Shown here: positions 10,776 to 22,811 of the stretch, in pieces
How positions within the stretch are numbered: the first letter of the stretch is position 1
Layout: each line of letters starts with the position of its first letter
DNA from: Schizochytrium sp. TIO01
Lineage: Eukaryota > Protista > Bigyra: Labyrinthulomycetes
DNA length: 64,000 nucleotides
Assembly: GCA_004764695.1 (NCBI GenBank)
Contig: SMSO01000034.1
Location: 2,294,001 to 2,358,000, forward strand
Direction of reading: 5' to 3'
Program-made: the position numbers and the translations under genes
The notes under the pieces: model-generated
Told to the model about the DNA's origin: nothing
Seen by the model: the letters and a program-made list of their open reading frames with translations, nothing else
Databases searched by the model: none

Positions 10776-13267
10776 GGTTGTTGCCTGGTTTGCTGGTGCT
10801 CTTACTGCTGCTGCAATAAAAAGGGGCTGGTCTTTGAAGCGCTGCAATCTCGCAACGATCGTGGGCTGCCTTTCGTGATTACACGCAAGCACTACACTGC
10901 TGCGATGTTGCTGTGCTCAAGTGGCGAAGGACTACGCTGTCGAAGATGCTTGATTTCTCTACCAAGCAATTAGAGGATTGCTGATTTACTTTGCAGCTCA
11001 TGTTGCCCCACCTGCGACATTAACCTCGGACTTCGGGCTACTTTCGAGCGGATTGAGTATGGAGGCACTATTTCAAGGTCCTCCTCTCCAGAGTACTACG
11101 CAATCCCGTAACCTCCGTCCTAGCTTCCAGGGAGAAACCCTCACCCTCTGTAGCGTTTCTGACCCTTCTCACTATTCTTCTAGGGTTTCTTTCGTTTCCT
11201 CTCCCTCACATACCCTCTGGCCCTGCGTTACTGTTTCATGGTGTTTTCTCAGCTTGCTTGCACTTCCTCTCTCATGCCTCTCTGGAAGTGGAACATCACT
11301 ACCCCTGTCTCCATCTAGTAGTATAACCCGTAAGCACTCACTAGCCTACTTTTATTTATTTCCTTACTCACTTTGATTTCTCTCCTCCTGTGATCACGAA
11401 TCAAGGTCACACTGCTCTTGTTGCTGCCTCGTCCATTAATCTCCGCGCACACACATACATCATGATAAGCGTCGCCGCCAACTTCTGAGTCGAAGATCGA
11501 GGAATCAGCCTAGACACCTGGCGAACGGCGGTCCAACCTCGATCAGCGAATCCAAGCGTGGTTCTCCAGTACCATTGGCCGCCCCACGCTGGAGACACCT
11601 CGAAGATACTTCCTCAATATAGCTTAAACTTACGTGCTTACTTGGAGACCCACTTGAGTGATATAGAGAGCTTGTTTGAGTTGATTTTCAGTCTTCAACA
11701 CATGTAGCCAGTCGCCCCTCCCGCCAACTCGACCGACCGCTGTCTCGCGGCTGGCAAGCACTCCGAAGAAGCGACCAAGGTCCTGTGTGAAAGGCGTCCC
11801 ATCCATCTCGCAACCAGCCAGCACTGTAGTTCCTGACCCCAGCGCCCCTGACCCTGAATCGCTAACTTACAATAAAATCATCTCTCATTCCTTCAGAGAT
11901 GCAATGGCACGGCACAGACAATATACTCCATAACTAATCATAAATAAAACAGTAGCACGTAGGCAGCGGTTTTCTGGGCTTCAGCCTCCATGAAACGCTT
12001 GGCTGTCCCCCGCCCCGGGCGCGCGCAGACCGGCTGGCTGGCCAATCCATTTAGTGCCGCAGTGCACCTTCGTAAGACTAGCACTCCTCCATTGCAAACA
12101 TATGTGGCGCGCCGAGCATAACGTAACCGTAACGTGTGTACCCCTTGGCGTCCGCGCGCGCACCCCCATCACACATGGTCCTCGTTGTCTCACTCTTTAT
12201 CAACTCGTAGGGCTCATATATCTGTATATTTGAGCAACTCCAGGATGTGTTCTCTTCCTCCCCGGTGGAGGTTTCGGCGAGGCACAAGGAAGGCGAGCTT
12301 TTTGGGGTTTCAAGGTTTCGATTGTTTCAATCGTTTATATGAAAGCGCGATGGTTTACATGGAAAAAAAATAAAAATTGGAGGCATGATTGAAGAAAGTT
12401 TTCTTTGGACGTGTATGCTGATAGATTTAGTTGTGTTGTATTGATACGATGAGGGGTCAAGATTGTGCTGAATGGACATGGGTTCTTCAAGCTATGCGCC
12501 TCGGTTACTGTAAGGAGTCGGTATCCCGCTTACATCTTGTGGTGAGAGCTATCTATAGCAGCGGTAACTGATTCGCTCAATATGTTTTTCTCCTGTTTTT
12601 TTCTATCATGGGGGGATAGTAGGGCTTATCCTTTTTGTGTGGTCGATTTTAGTTTCAGGTTGATTGTTGCGCAAATCAGCGATGAACGTGTGAAACAGGC
12701 GCACGGTCTGCGTCGCTAAATCACTTGCTCACTCCAGGAAAAAGACAGCTGATCAGATGTTCAGTAAATTACTAGCGCGATATGACGAGACATGAACGGA
12801 GGAAGGCCAAGGTTGTGATTGTAAGGTCATCTATTTAGTTACGTCGAGCAATTTTTTCATTTTTAATTATGGTGTAGCAGTATTATGAATGTGGGTTGTG
12901 AAATTGATATTGAGGTCGAGATCGAGTGAAGGCGGGATCCACCTTCCTTGTCTGTCGTGTGAATGTTGTGTCTCGTTTATCATCACCACCATCATCATGC
13001 GTGGAGACTAAACGACTGAACGTCTGTCCAGCAAGGTAAACTATTATCATCATCATCACCATCGTAAGCCCATTGCTACTGTGACCAGCAGTAGCAGTAG
13101 CAACAGCAGCAACAACAATCGCAGCAATATTAGTAGCAGAGTTGTCATCTTCACATATCATCATCCAAAATGATACGAACAACAGTACGATAGCTTTGAG
13201 GAAGAAAAGGGAGGTCAAAGCTTGATTGGGTGTGAACGCACTACGCGTTACGCAGGGCCCTTCCTTT

Positions 13268-14200
13268 TTAGAGCTTGTATCCAGAGTGCATGGCAACAAT
13301 GCCGCATGTGAAGTTCTCGTGCGTGACATTCGAGAATCCTGCCTCGCGAATCATACGTTCAAACGCCCTCTGCTCTGGGAACTTGCGGATACTTTCCACA
13401 AGATACTGATATGCATCGCGGTCGTTAGCAATGAACTGTCCAATCGCCGGAATGGCATGGAAAGAGTACTGCTCGTAAATGGCCTTCATGACAGGGTTAG
13501 CGACGTGCGAGAACTCAAGGCACATGAAGCGTCCACCAGGTTTGAGAATACGGTGTGCCTCGCGAAGAGCGCGGTCAATGTGCGTGACATTGCGAATACC
13601 AAAGGCAATGGTGTATGCATCAAAGGAGTTATCCTCAAACTGAGGGAGCTTCTCGGCATTGCCCTCAATAAAGTCAAGCTGCTGTTGAGCGGATCCAGGA
13701 GTATAGAGACCCTTCTCGATGGCACGCTCACGACCGACGCCGAGCATGCTGCTGTTGATGTCACAGACAGTCACGTGCACGGGAGGGTCCGAGGGAGACA
13801 TAGCGTTGCTCTCGCGGACGATGCGGAAGGCAATATCACCAGTGCCGCCAGCTACATCAATGGTGCGAGCGCCGTAACCTGCACCGCAGATCGGCAGGAG
13901 CTCCGCAACGAACTGATCTTTCCACACGCGATGAAGAGTACCACTCATGAGATCATTCATGACATCGTACTGCTCAGCAACGCTGTGAAACACGCGGCCT
14001 ACAAGCTGCTCCTTGTCATCAACATCCACGTCGCGGAAACCAAAGTGAGTCTTGCCAGTGCCATCGTCACCACTGCCCTTCGCAGCGCTGCCAGATGCCG
14101 ATGAGGTAGAGGAGGGAGGGATCGTGGAGCTCAGAGAGCGAATAGATTGACCGCGGAGACGACCAGCGGCGGCCCGCAGGCTTCTGGAGGCGACCTGCAT
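13268..14200 (-). CDS. COQ5: 2-methoxy-6-polyprenyl-1,4-benzoquinol methylase, mitochondrial (UbiE/COQ5)
   Basis: [74 protein letters not shown]; Arg/Ser/Ala-rich transit peptide from the ATG at 14200. Confidence 0.96.
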   Translation of the reverse strand: MQVASRSLRAAAGRLRGQSIRSLSSTIPPSSTSSASGSAAKGSGDDGTGKTHFGFRDVDVDDKEQLVGRVFHSVAEQYDVMNDLMSGTLHRVWKDQFVAELLPICGAGYGARTIDVAGGTGDIAFRIVRESNAMSPSDPPVHVTVCDINSSMLGVGRERAIEKGLYTPGSAQQQLDFIEGNAEKLPQFEDNSFDAYTIAFGIRNVTHIDRALREAHRILKPGGRFMCLEFSHVANPVMKAIYEQYSFHAIPAIGQFIANDRDAYQYLVESIRKFPEQRAFERMIREAGFSNVTHENFTCGIVAMHSGYKL

Positions 14201-15046
14201 CACGAAGAATCTGAAGTGGCTGTGAAGAACGGCCCAAATTGAGTTTGCTGCGCAGATGACGACCTGATCGATCAATCTCTATCTAACTATAACTAACTTA
14301 GTTTCTCTCTTTTTTGTTCAGGCCTACTTGACTATCCCTGCAGCGATGGAAAGCTCTTCTTTCGCAGCGCTTTACTATGAGCTATACAAAATACTTCACT
14401 TTCTGTTACACAAGAGAATGGAATACTCTACTGTATTGCGTTTTCTATCTTTTCTTCCTCCTCAGGCTTCTCATTAATGCTTTTTTTTTTCTTGAGTAAA
14501 AAGGCCGACTGAATGGCGCGTACGTATACGTATGTATATACGTATGTATAGTCTACTTGTGGGGCAGTATAGTCTATTTACATTCAGTAAAATCCCTATT
14601 ATTGAGTTGTAGAATAGCAGGTTAAAGGGAGGGCAAAGAGATCTTAGGAGTGGTTACGAAGCAACTTCGGGGTAATGTGGAGAAGCTGAGGAGACAAAGA
14701 TGGCAAAGAACCTGCATTGGAGCAAACTGGGTGTGAACAAGGAGATGGACGAGGCAAAATATAAGATGGTAGAGTGAAGGATTGGAGCTTGAACAAGGTC
14801 TGAGCTGCAAAGGTGCAGCTAAACTCAAGATTTGAGGTGCAAAAACCTTGAGGTTTGTGAAATTGGTTTTGGCGTCAAATGACCATGCAAATGCAGATAC
14901 TTGGGCTGCCAGACTTGATGAAGGTCAACGAGTCCGTGTTTGTTTGACCCTATTGGAAAGTATCAGGGCCGAAATGCAGGAAGCCTTGAAATCAGATCAC
15001 TACAGAGAAATAAACAGCAAAAAAAAATGTACTTTAGAATAGACAT

Positions 15047-17836
15047 TTACACTTGGGATGCAGCAGGCTCTTGGGTCACAACAATCTTGCCATTGGATGA
15101 AGACTTCTTGGAGGCGTTGAGCTTTAACAAACACATAGCAGCTGCAGCAAGCAAAGCAAGACCTCCGACAGATCCCACAACAGCTCCAACAATCGTGCCC
15201 GTATTAGATTTGGACGAAGCATCCTCGTCGCCTGTAGGAGATCTGGGGCCCACTGGGGCGGAAGTGGGTGCAATGGAGCTTACTGCAAAGTTACAAACTC
15301 CAAGCATAGGATCATGATCTGATCCACGGTATGGTGTGGTAATATCGAAGTAAGATGCAGGTTTGCTCTCGCAGGCAGCAGGGTAGCTGTATTGCGTAGA
15401 CTGGTAGTCGATTAACGCGGACTCGGGGGAGTTGATATGCCACTCATATGCATTGCCGCATGAGTTGTTCAAATTAGGAGAGATCAGGAAGTAGTCAAGC
15501 GTGCTAAAGCTACCATCGTAGACATAAGAAAACGGTTCGGCGATGTCGCGATCTGCAAGACTAATGAAGCCGGCAGACTCCGTAAACTCCTTGATGGAAC
15601 GATCATTGCGGTGCGAGTTGAAGTCGCCCAAGAGAATGTACTGATCAGTGTCCTCACCAGTCGGGTTCTCTTCAAGCCATTCCAGTAACTGTTGCACATG
15701 CTTCAGCCGAGTGTACCCACAGTTGCCTTCACCCTCGAGATGATCTGATGTGACAGGGCTGTCTTCATCGCAGGCACTTCCCTTAGATTTAAGGTGTTGC
15801 ACGACGATTGTAAAGAGTTCATCAGAGTTTACTAAGCGAAATGTTTGAGCGAGGGAAGGCCGCGACTTATCTACAGGATCAGTATACACAAGTACAGCAT
15901 GGTCTCCAACTGGAATAACAAGCTCCGGCTGGTAAATGATGGCACATTTGATAACATCGCCACCAATAGTACCAGTAGCAATGTACTCCCACTTGCCTTC
16001 GACGCCAGCTTGTGTGTTAAGGCCGTCCACAAAATTAGCTAGAGTGACGTCTTGGTTGTTCTCAACTTCCTGCAAACCAAAGATAGCAGCGTCAAGTTCG
16101 ACAGCCGAAAGAAAGATCTTGGTACGCTGACGAATAAACTCGGTTTCGTTGTCGGCACCCCGGCAAGAGCTGCAACCATCGTCGACAAAATCGGTGAAGT
16201 AATTCTCCACATTGAGGCCGCCAACACGAATTCGGCCCACGCTGATGTCGTTGCTAGGCACGTAAGGATCAATATCAGCAACACGAGCAACCGGAGAAAC
16301 ATCCCAGGTGGATTTCATGAGCTCGAGGCCAGTCTGAGTAGGGACTAGTGTGTTGTAGTCATACTCAAAGCGAATGATTGCTGTGGCTTGCAAGGCTTCC
16401 TGTGCAATAACAGTTCCAGAACGGATGGAATCATCACCACCTACAGGCCAGGCCTGAGGTACTGGGCAGGAGGTGCTTGAACCATCGTCAAGCTTAAGCA
16501 GCCGGCGAGCATTTAAGTCAGCCTGAGCGACTGCTTCGTCACCAGGATTGACCACCATAGTTTCGGCATAGATGCGTCCACCTTGAGAAATGCCAAGCGT
16601 ACCATACCTAAGTCCATAGGTATCTCCAATGGTCATATCATGCGTAAATGCCACAAGCATGTCTTCAGCACTCGCATAAGCTGTGCTAAGGTCATCGACT
16701 GGCAGTGTAAACTCCGGCACATTCACCTCAGCGGCAAGTGCCGCCCCCAAAACATTGTTCACAGTTACTGTCTTGTCGCTTTCTAGCACAGAAACAGTAC
16801 CCGTAGAGATAACAGATGGGACGAGCTGCGGCCGATCGTTGTACTCTGCAGTGTCTGCCTCCAGCTGAATAAAATCTCCCTCGGTAAACACAGTTCCTGC
16901 ATTACAGTTGTAGCCACAATACACAAAGATGCCCTCGGAGCTCGTAGAACTCGTGTCTGCGTCAGCGTCCTCCTTTGTCATTTGCATAAAGAATCCGCGT
17001 CGCGTACTGCTTCGTAGGTCGTTGGTGACAACTCCTTGAACTAGCACGGTCCCGCCCGTGGTCCCGCCTGTAACAGTATCGCGTACGCTCTTGATTGAGC
17101 TGACAGAGAGGGGCACTGGCGCGGGCGTCGGACTTCCTGTGGATGGCGCAGGAGTTCCGGGATCTTCGGCATCTGTTACAGTGAAGCTACTGGGCGATGT
17201 ACCTGAAATCTCAGTTGAGCTCTGGGTCCAATCCGAAGATGTGCTCAAAGCGGATTGGAGCTCTGCAGTGGTGCCAGAAGTGACTCCCATATAGAGCGCA
17301 TTTTTTACACCATCAGTCAGAGCAAGAGCGCTCGAGCCGTCAGTCAGCCCAGCTGGTAGCGAGCTCGAAGACGTGCCAGTAGTGTAGGTGGAATCCCAGG
17401 TGCTTCCATACATGAAGCCATACACGAAGTTGGGACTTTCTTCGGTGCCCTGATAGAGGAAGATATTGTCTCCTCCATTCGCCAACGCAAGGTTGCCCGA
17501 AACCGAGGCCCATTCGCTGGTAAGGCTAGTGCTCGAGTAGGAGAATACTGTGCCTGCAGGCATGGCGGCAGCTGCAGTGAACTCATAAATACCTTCGTTT
17601 GTGTTGAAACTTCCTGAACTCGTATAGCCGTTGTCTGTCAAGCGGAATGTAGTCCCCGCTTCGAGGTTGGTCAGCGTGACGAATTGCACGGACTCGCCGG
17701 AATTCTGATTTACTTCAACGACTGCGATTTGACCAGCTGTGAGACTTGTCTGGGCGACCGCCGAAGGCACGCTAAGTGCCAGAGCGACTACAGCAAGCCA
17801 TGTCGCGAGCTTTTCTTGTAAACTTGCCATCATCAT
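15047..17836 (-). CDS. ExeM/NucH (Xds-like) extracellular endonuclease, type I membrane-anchored: signal peptide, LTD-like module, OB-fold, EEP nuclease domain, TM helix
   Basis: Signal peptide ending AVA|Q; OB-fold VQGVVT..GFFMQ..SSEGIFVY; EEP motifs NVENYF, GLQEVEN, RPSLAQTF, HLKSKGS, LLGDFNSH, SYVYDGSFSTLDY, WHINSPE, PYRGSDHDP; C-terminal TM IVGAVVGSVGGLALLAAAAMCLL followed by lysines. Confidence 0.9.
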   Translation of the reverse strand: MMMASLQEKLATWLAVVALALSVPSAVAQTSLTAGQIAVVEVNQNSGESVQFVTLTNLEAGTTFRLTDNGYTSSGSFNTNEGIYEFTAAAAMPAGTVFSYSSTSLTSEWASVSGNLALANGGDNIFLYQGTEESPNFVYGFMYGSTWDSTYTTGTSSSSLPAGLTDGSSALALTDGVKNALYMGVTSGTTAELQSALSTSSDWTQSSTEISGTSPSSFTVTDAEDPGTPAPSTGSPTPAPVPLSVSSIKSVRDTVTGGTTGGTVLVQGVVTNDLRSSTRRGFFMQMTKEDADADTSSTSSEGIFVYCGYNCNAGTVFTEGDFIQLEADTAEYNDRPQLVPSVISTGTVSVLESDKTVTVNNVLGAALAAEVNVPEFTLPVDDLSTAYASAEDMLVAFTHDMTIGDTYGLRYGTLGISQGGRIYAETMVVNPGDEAVAQADLNARRLLKLDDGSSTSCPVPQAWPVGGDDSIRSGTVIAQEALQATAIIRFEYDYNTLVPTQTGLELMKSTWDVSPVARVADIDPYVPSNDISVGRIRVGGLNVENYFTDFVDDGCSSCRGADNETEFIRQRTKIFLSAVELDAAIFGLQEVENNQDVTLANFVDGLNTQAGVEGKWEYIATGTIGGDVIKCAIIYQPELVIPVGDHAVLVYTDPVDKSRPSLAQTFRLVNSDELFTIVVQHLKSKGSACDEDSPVTSDHLEGEGNCGYTRLKHVQQLLEWLEENPTGEDTDQYILLGDFNSHRNDRSIKEFTESAGFISLADRDIAEPFSYVYDGSFSTLDYFLISPNLNNSCGNAYEWHINSPESALIDYQSTQYSYPAACESKPASYFDITTPYRGSDHDPMLGVCNFAVSSIAPTSAPVGPRSPTGDEDASSKSNTGTIVGAVVGSVGGLALLAAAAMCLLKLNASKKSSSNGKIVVTQEPAASQV

Positions 17837-20800
17837 TCTTGTTTTCCGGAATCGACAAGTGCAAATGGCTTGCCTTGGTCCATATGCAAGAGACCCTTCG
17901 TGGTGAAGCCCTGTCGAGTTTCGGATTTACTTGCTGCAAGAACCCAAGAGCTCGAAGAACCGATTCTTGCGACCGTGGTGATAGTATGCAGATAGAGCTT
18001 CAAAAAGCCTGCGAGCGGGTCCTACTAGTAGAGCCGTGAGTATGTGAAAAACGTGCCACAAAGTTCGGTTCGACAGAGCATTGGCACGTGTAAATCATCA
18101 AGGCACGGGGAACTTCAAGCCGTGGGTCCGTTTTCGATAGTCAAATAGGCCATATGCCTGGTGCGGCGCTGCAAGATCTGCAATTCTTTGTTCAATGATG
18201 CTTACATAATTAGAAAATTATTTTTTTTAATAATAATAATATATTTTTATTTCTTTTCTTTTTTATGATAGCTGGATACATGTCACGGTAGACTCTAGAG
18301 GAGGAGCACATAAACATTGAAGCCTGGACTAGCAGATGAATCTTTTTTATTTCAAAGAGACAATTTAGTTATCATGCTGTAGCAAAACACAGGGGTGGGG
18401 AAGAAACAAGCAAGCTGGGATTTCAAGATGCCAATGAGGGCGTCTTCACCTGTAAGGTTTGTGCTAATCTTGTTGACGATAAAAATCGTGAAGTTGAAAA
18501 GCGGACTTTTTGAATCTTTTCTGCACAGGCGGCGCGTGGATATTTTGTCTGAATGTTATATTTTTGCAGATTCCTTAATAAATGCTAGACCTGCATTGTA
18601 ATTATATGGGTCCTCAGGATCAATGCAACCCCACTCGAACTATCACCGCAACCTTGCCTATGTGTTTATGAGATGAGACAGAGTTCAAGTAGTCTATTGT
18701 CATCTTTCCAGCTCCCATCGAAATCGCTCCTCACATTCACGTGCCAGTGAACCGCAGAGTCTACAACGTTGCAATTAAGCTGGCATGGCTTGCATCTTCC
18801 ACCCGTCGCCATCGGAGTTGGGAAACCTCAGAACAAAATACCCCAATCCCTCTTGAATGTGCAGCTCACCATGGTTCTTAGTATCTCAGTGAGTCATCTT
18901 GCCAGGAAATAAGCATCATGCACTCATGCATGCCATGAACCATGCATATGTCATGCCCATGCAAGTGTGCACATCTATTTTCAGCCTGCTAGCTTGCCTT
19001 AGTGCGATCTTGGTCGCCTCCAGCACGGTGCCTGTTGTGTAGATGTTTACACGAAAGCACCGCTCGAGGTCTTGAGCAGCCTGTCAGCGAGTTCCCTTTC
19101 TAAAGGGGTGGAAGATCCCGTCGTGCACACAGACTTCTCGCGACCCGTCATCGCCACCTAGAACCCAGTCCGGCAAATAATTCTCCTCTCCCAGCTCTTC
19201 CAGCCTCGCCCTTGAGCTCCTTTCTGTCAAGCATGCCTATCCTCCTGAATGCATGCATACATTCCTTCATGCATGCATGTTCAATACGATGCATCACGCG
19301 CCTTTGTAGATTTTCCAAAGTACATGCCGAATCTTAGATTTTGCAAGGATGATTCATCATCGTCCACAGGAGAGTCACTCCTGACCGGGACTAGCCGGAT
19401 CAGTCGCACTCGCTTTGGCGCGCCCTCGCCGCGGCGTGTAATTGGAAGCTGCGCGCGGCGCACACTCTTACTCTGTCATAGTACGGATGAAGAAGTAGGT
19501 AAGTAATTCTGATGATGAAGAAACAAATCGAAAGCCAAAGAAAGCCTTGGACAAAGAGGTTTCTTTCGAGTCGCTGGTCGGTTGAAGATCATCGCCTTAA
19601 TCTCCAAGCCATGTGTCATTCCCCACCCCGCTGCGCCGGACGAATAAGAAAACACAGGCTGCGTGCCTCGAGTTCTGCCCCGAATGGATTACTTTTGCAA
19701 GAAGTTCTGGCGTTTAGCTGTGCATTGCTTAATTGTTTGGCAGAATCCATCGCCTCGTGGTGGCCATGTTGAAATCGTTCTGCGAGGGCTCTGGAGGTCG
19801 ACTTGAGTCTGCAGCTCAGCTGCTATGGTTTCTCGCGTTGGAGTTGGATTTCTTGCGCCACTCTCGACGACCTCTTGGAGATGGTCGGTCTGCAGATAGA
19901 TATCCTTTGAAGTGGTTGTCGTAGTTCGTTCAGATGACTGAATGTTGTTGCAAGGCATACATACATACTTCGACCAGCCCGATCATCGTGACCATGATCA
20001 CAATCAAGATCAACATTTCCAGCAGAGCAGCAGCAGGGAGCCACTCGGCCTCGAGGAACTTGGAACGGTCGAATTGCAATCTTGGACTCTACGATTCGCG
20101 AGTGGTTCATTGACCTTCGAGCGACCTGTAAGGTTTCTATTTCACCAATATTGTGGCAGTGACACAGAACCCGACATCAGAGCAAGAGCTTCAGGACGAA
20201 GCGAAAGCAGCAGCATTATGTAGTGGCGGGCACGAGCTACAAATGCATCGCTTCAATTGCAAAGCTCGCAAGATTCATAATCAGCGAAAATCACATCGCT
20301 GTCGCAAAAAGTAGTAGGTAACGGGGTAGACCTCGTTCTTGATCGCCTCGAGCCACCCACTCGGGTTTACAGGTATACTTCCGAGCCACTTTATATCAAC
20401 CAAACGCAAACAACCGAACAGTCAGTCCTCTGCTGCGGTCTCCTGTGCCAAGCAAGGCAACCAACAACCAAAACGTGACCGAGACTAAGCTTGAACTTGA
20501 AGCGCTTCTCTCCAAGTTTATCGACTATCGGCCTTCAGCTCTCCATTCGCTTTTCTTCTCTTTCCTTTCCATCGATAGTTTGCGAGTTATAACTTGAAAC
20601 CAAAACATCATATCAAATATCTAAAATCTACCAACTTTTATGATAAAATATAAAATATGAGACATTATATTGAAACAGGCAAAAATCGCTCACTTTCCTT
20701 CTTTCTTTCTTTCTGCCTTTCTTCCCACTCCAGATAGAAGTTACTTACTTCCTGCTAGAGATACATACCTTCATGAAAGGGCTCTTCACAGCAGATTCGT

Positions 20801-22811
20801 GACGAAACAAATGCAACAGATGAAACACTAGTAAGAATAATATATATATTTTTATTTTTTTATTTTTTTAAAGTTAAAATAAAATTAAACTCAGAATTAG
20901 TTATATAGAAATAGTTATTCTGAGTGGAGCATAGAAATGAAAGAATGCACACATGGACATGAGCAGATAAGGCACGCGCAGGAGGCGTTCGAGCGCGAGC
21001 CGGATGCGGTCTAGACCTCTGCTGAGCTCTGATGCTTGCTGCATCTAGCGAGGTGCTGGAGCTGATTGTGGTTATGTAATCGTCTTTAGACGCGCGGTTT
21101 TCAGGCCGCAGGCTGCTGATTGAGGATGGTTTCTTACTTTGTGATGCGCGTTTCATTGATTGTTGTCGTTTTTTAGTTTTAGGTTTAGATGAATATATAT
21201 ATTTTTTTGTAATTTTTATAATTTATTTTTTTAAAAAAATGTATATTATTCTAAAGGAAAAGATTTTATTTTTGTTTTAATTAAAAAAACAAATATTGTG
21301 CTCTCTTGAATTGTGAATTCTGAATCATCGCAGAATCGACTGCACGAACGAAGGGTTTCGACCACGATGCACTCGAACCACGCGCATTTGCAGATGAACT
21401 CGATGCACGTGAGGGATCGATGGCCCGGGCCTTTCAGCATCTCGTGAATATCGAGCATCTGGAAGCAGGCTGCCAAGTAAGTTGTCAACTTCTTGAGATG
21501 GTGGTGATGACAAGGAATGTGATGAATGAGCGCGTGGACCTTGAAGTCACTGGCTAACTAAGTTGGCACGGATCGAAGGGGGGAAGATGCAGCTTGACGG
21601 GTCGTCGCATCTTGGCCTTGATCGCAGATTCTGCAATCAAACCCAAAGAATTGCTTGGCGTGGACCTCAAGATCGAGCCCAGCTCCTCGAGGTAGTGTCG
21701 ACTCGAGGATGGAATTACAATTTGCAAATCACAGCCGGGAGCCGCCCACCCTACAGAAGGATTGATTTATGTGCTCAGGCCTTTAAAATGTGGGCCATCG
21801 TGCGCAGCTTTCAAGAAGAAGAACTTGAGCTGACGAAGGAAGATCTTGAAGAACCTCGAGGACGAGAACTCAGGACAAGAACCAGCAAGAGCTGGAGATC
21901 AGCAACCCGAACCGATAATTTGGGAAGCCTGCAGGTACGGTTTATATGCGTGCTTGGGGATTGGGTGAGGTTGTGAACAAGGCGAAGAGCTGAGGAACAT
22001 TGCAAATGCATTGTGACTTGTGCTGATTTGGAGAACTTCTGTTGAGGTTAAGAATTGTCATGACATGAAATGCCACGGCTGCTGTAGAAGAGGGTTGTAA
22101 TTGGGATGGCCTCAGGGTAGCAGCGACCGACCCGCTGGCATCAGCGAACCAGAGGCGATCAGTGTGTCTGCATGAAACCAGCGCAAAACGCGGGTGGCAA
22201 TCTGTTTCTAAGATTACATTCTTTCTAGGACTCCTCGCGGTTTTCCACCGGAATTGCAAAGCGGCTCACAATCCATGATAAGTGACAACGAATGCTTCTT
22301 TAGAAAAACTGATCAAAACCTTTTAAACTAATTAATTAATTAATTGATTATAATTAATTTAAAATTGATAAATAACTTGAAGAATCTATTATTTATTTAT
22401 AATAGTAGTTGATTAAAAAAAGGAAACATGAAAACTCTTCCCAAAATAAGTTTGATCGATAAAGCAGATGCGGGAAGAATAGTAAAGGTACTAGGCAGCT
22501 TTACCATGGATTGCATCTTCTTCGACCCGTGGCCATGGCTCAGTGTGGTAAAAGGATCCTCGTAGGCGCGAGATCAGTGACTAAAAAGAAGCATGAAAGA
22601 GACTTGGGCTGTTGGGCACATCATAATGCAAAAGAAGAAGAGGCCTTTAGAATGAGTTTGGATCTGAGGTGAAACTCTTTGCACTGGGGATTGACGAGGA
22701 GCTGCGACACCAGCAAATTCGAAACCTGGGTTCCCACCCAACAAGACAATTGAGCTAGAAACTGAAAGAACAAACTCACCAACTTAGTTGATAACGGGGG
22801 GTATTGTCAAG

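Noticed and set aside
9750-10973. 407-aa + strand ORF
   Set aside because: Antisense to the TPPP-WW gene; composition typical of a mirror frame.
13226-14104. 292-aa + strand ORF
   Set aside because: Antisense to COQ5.
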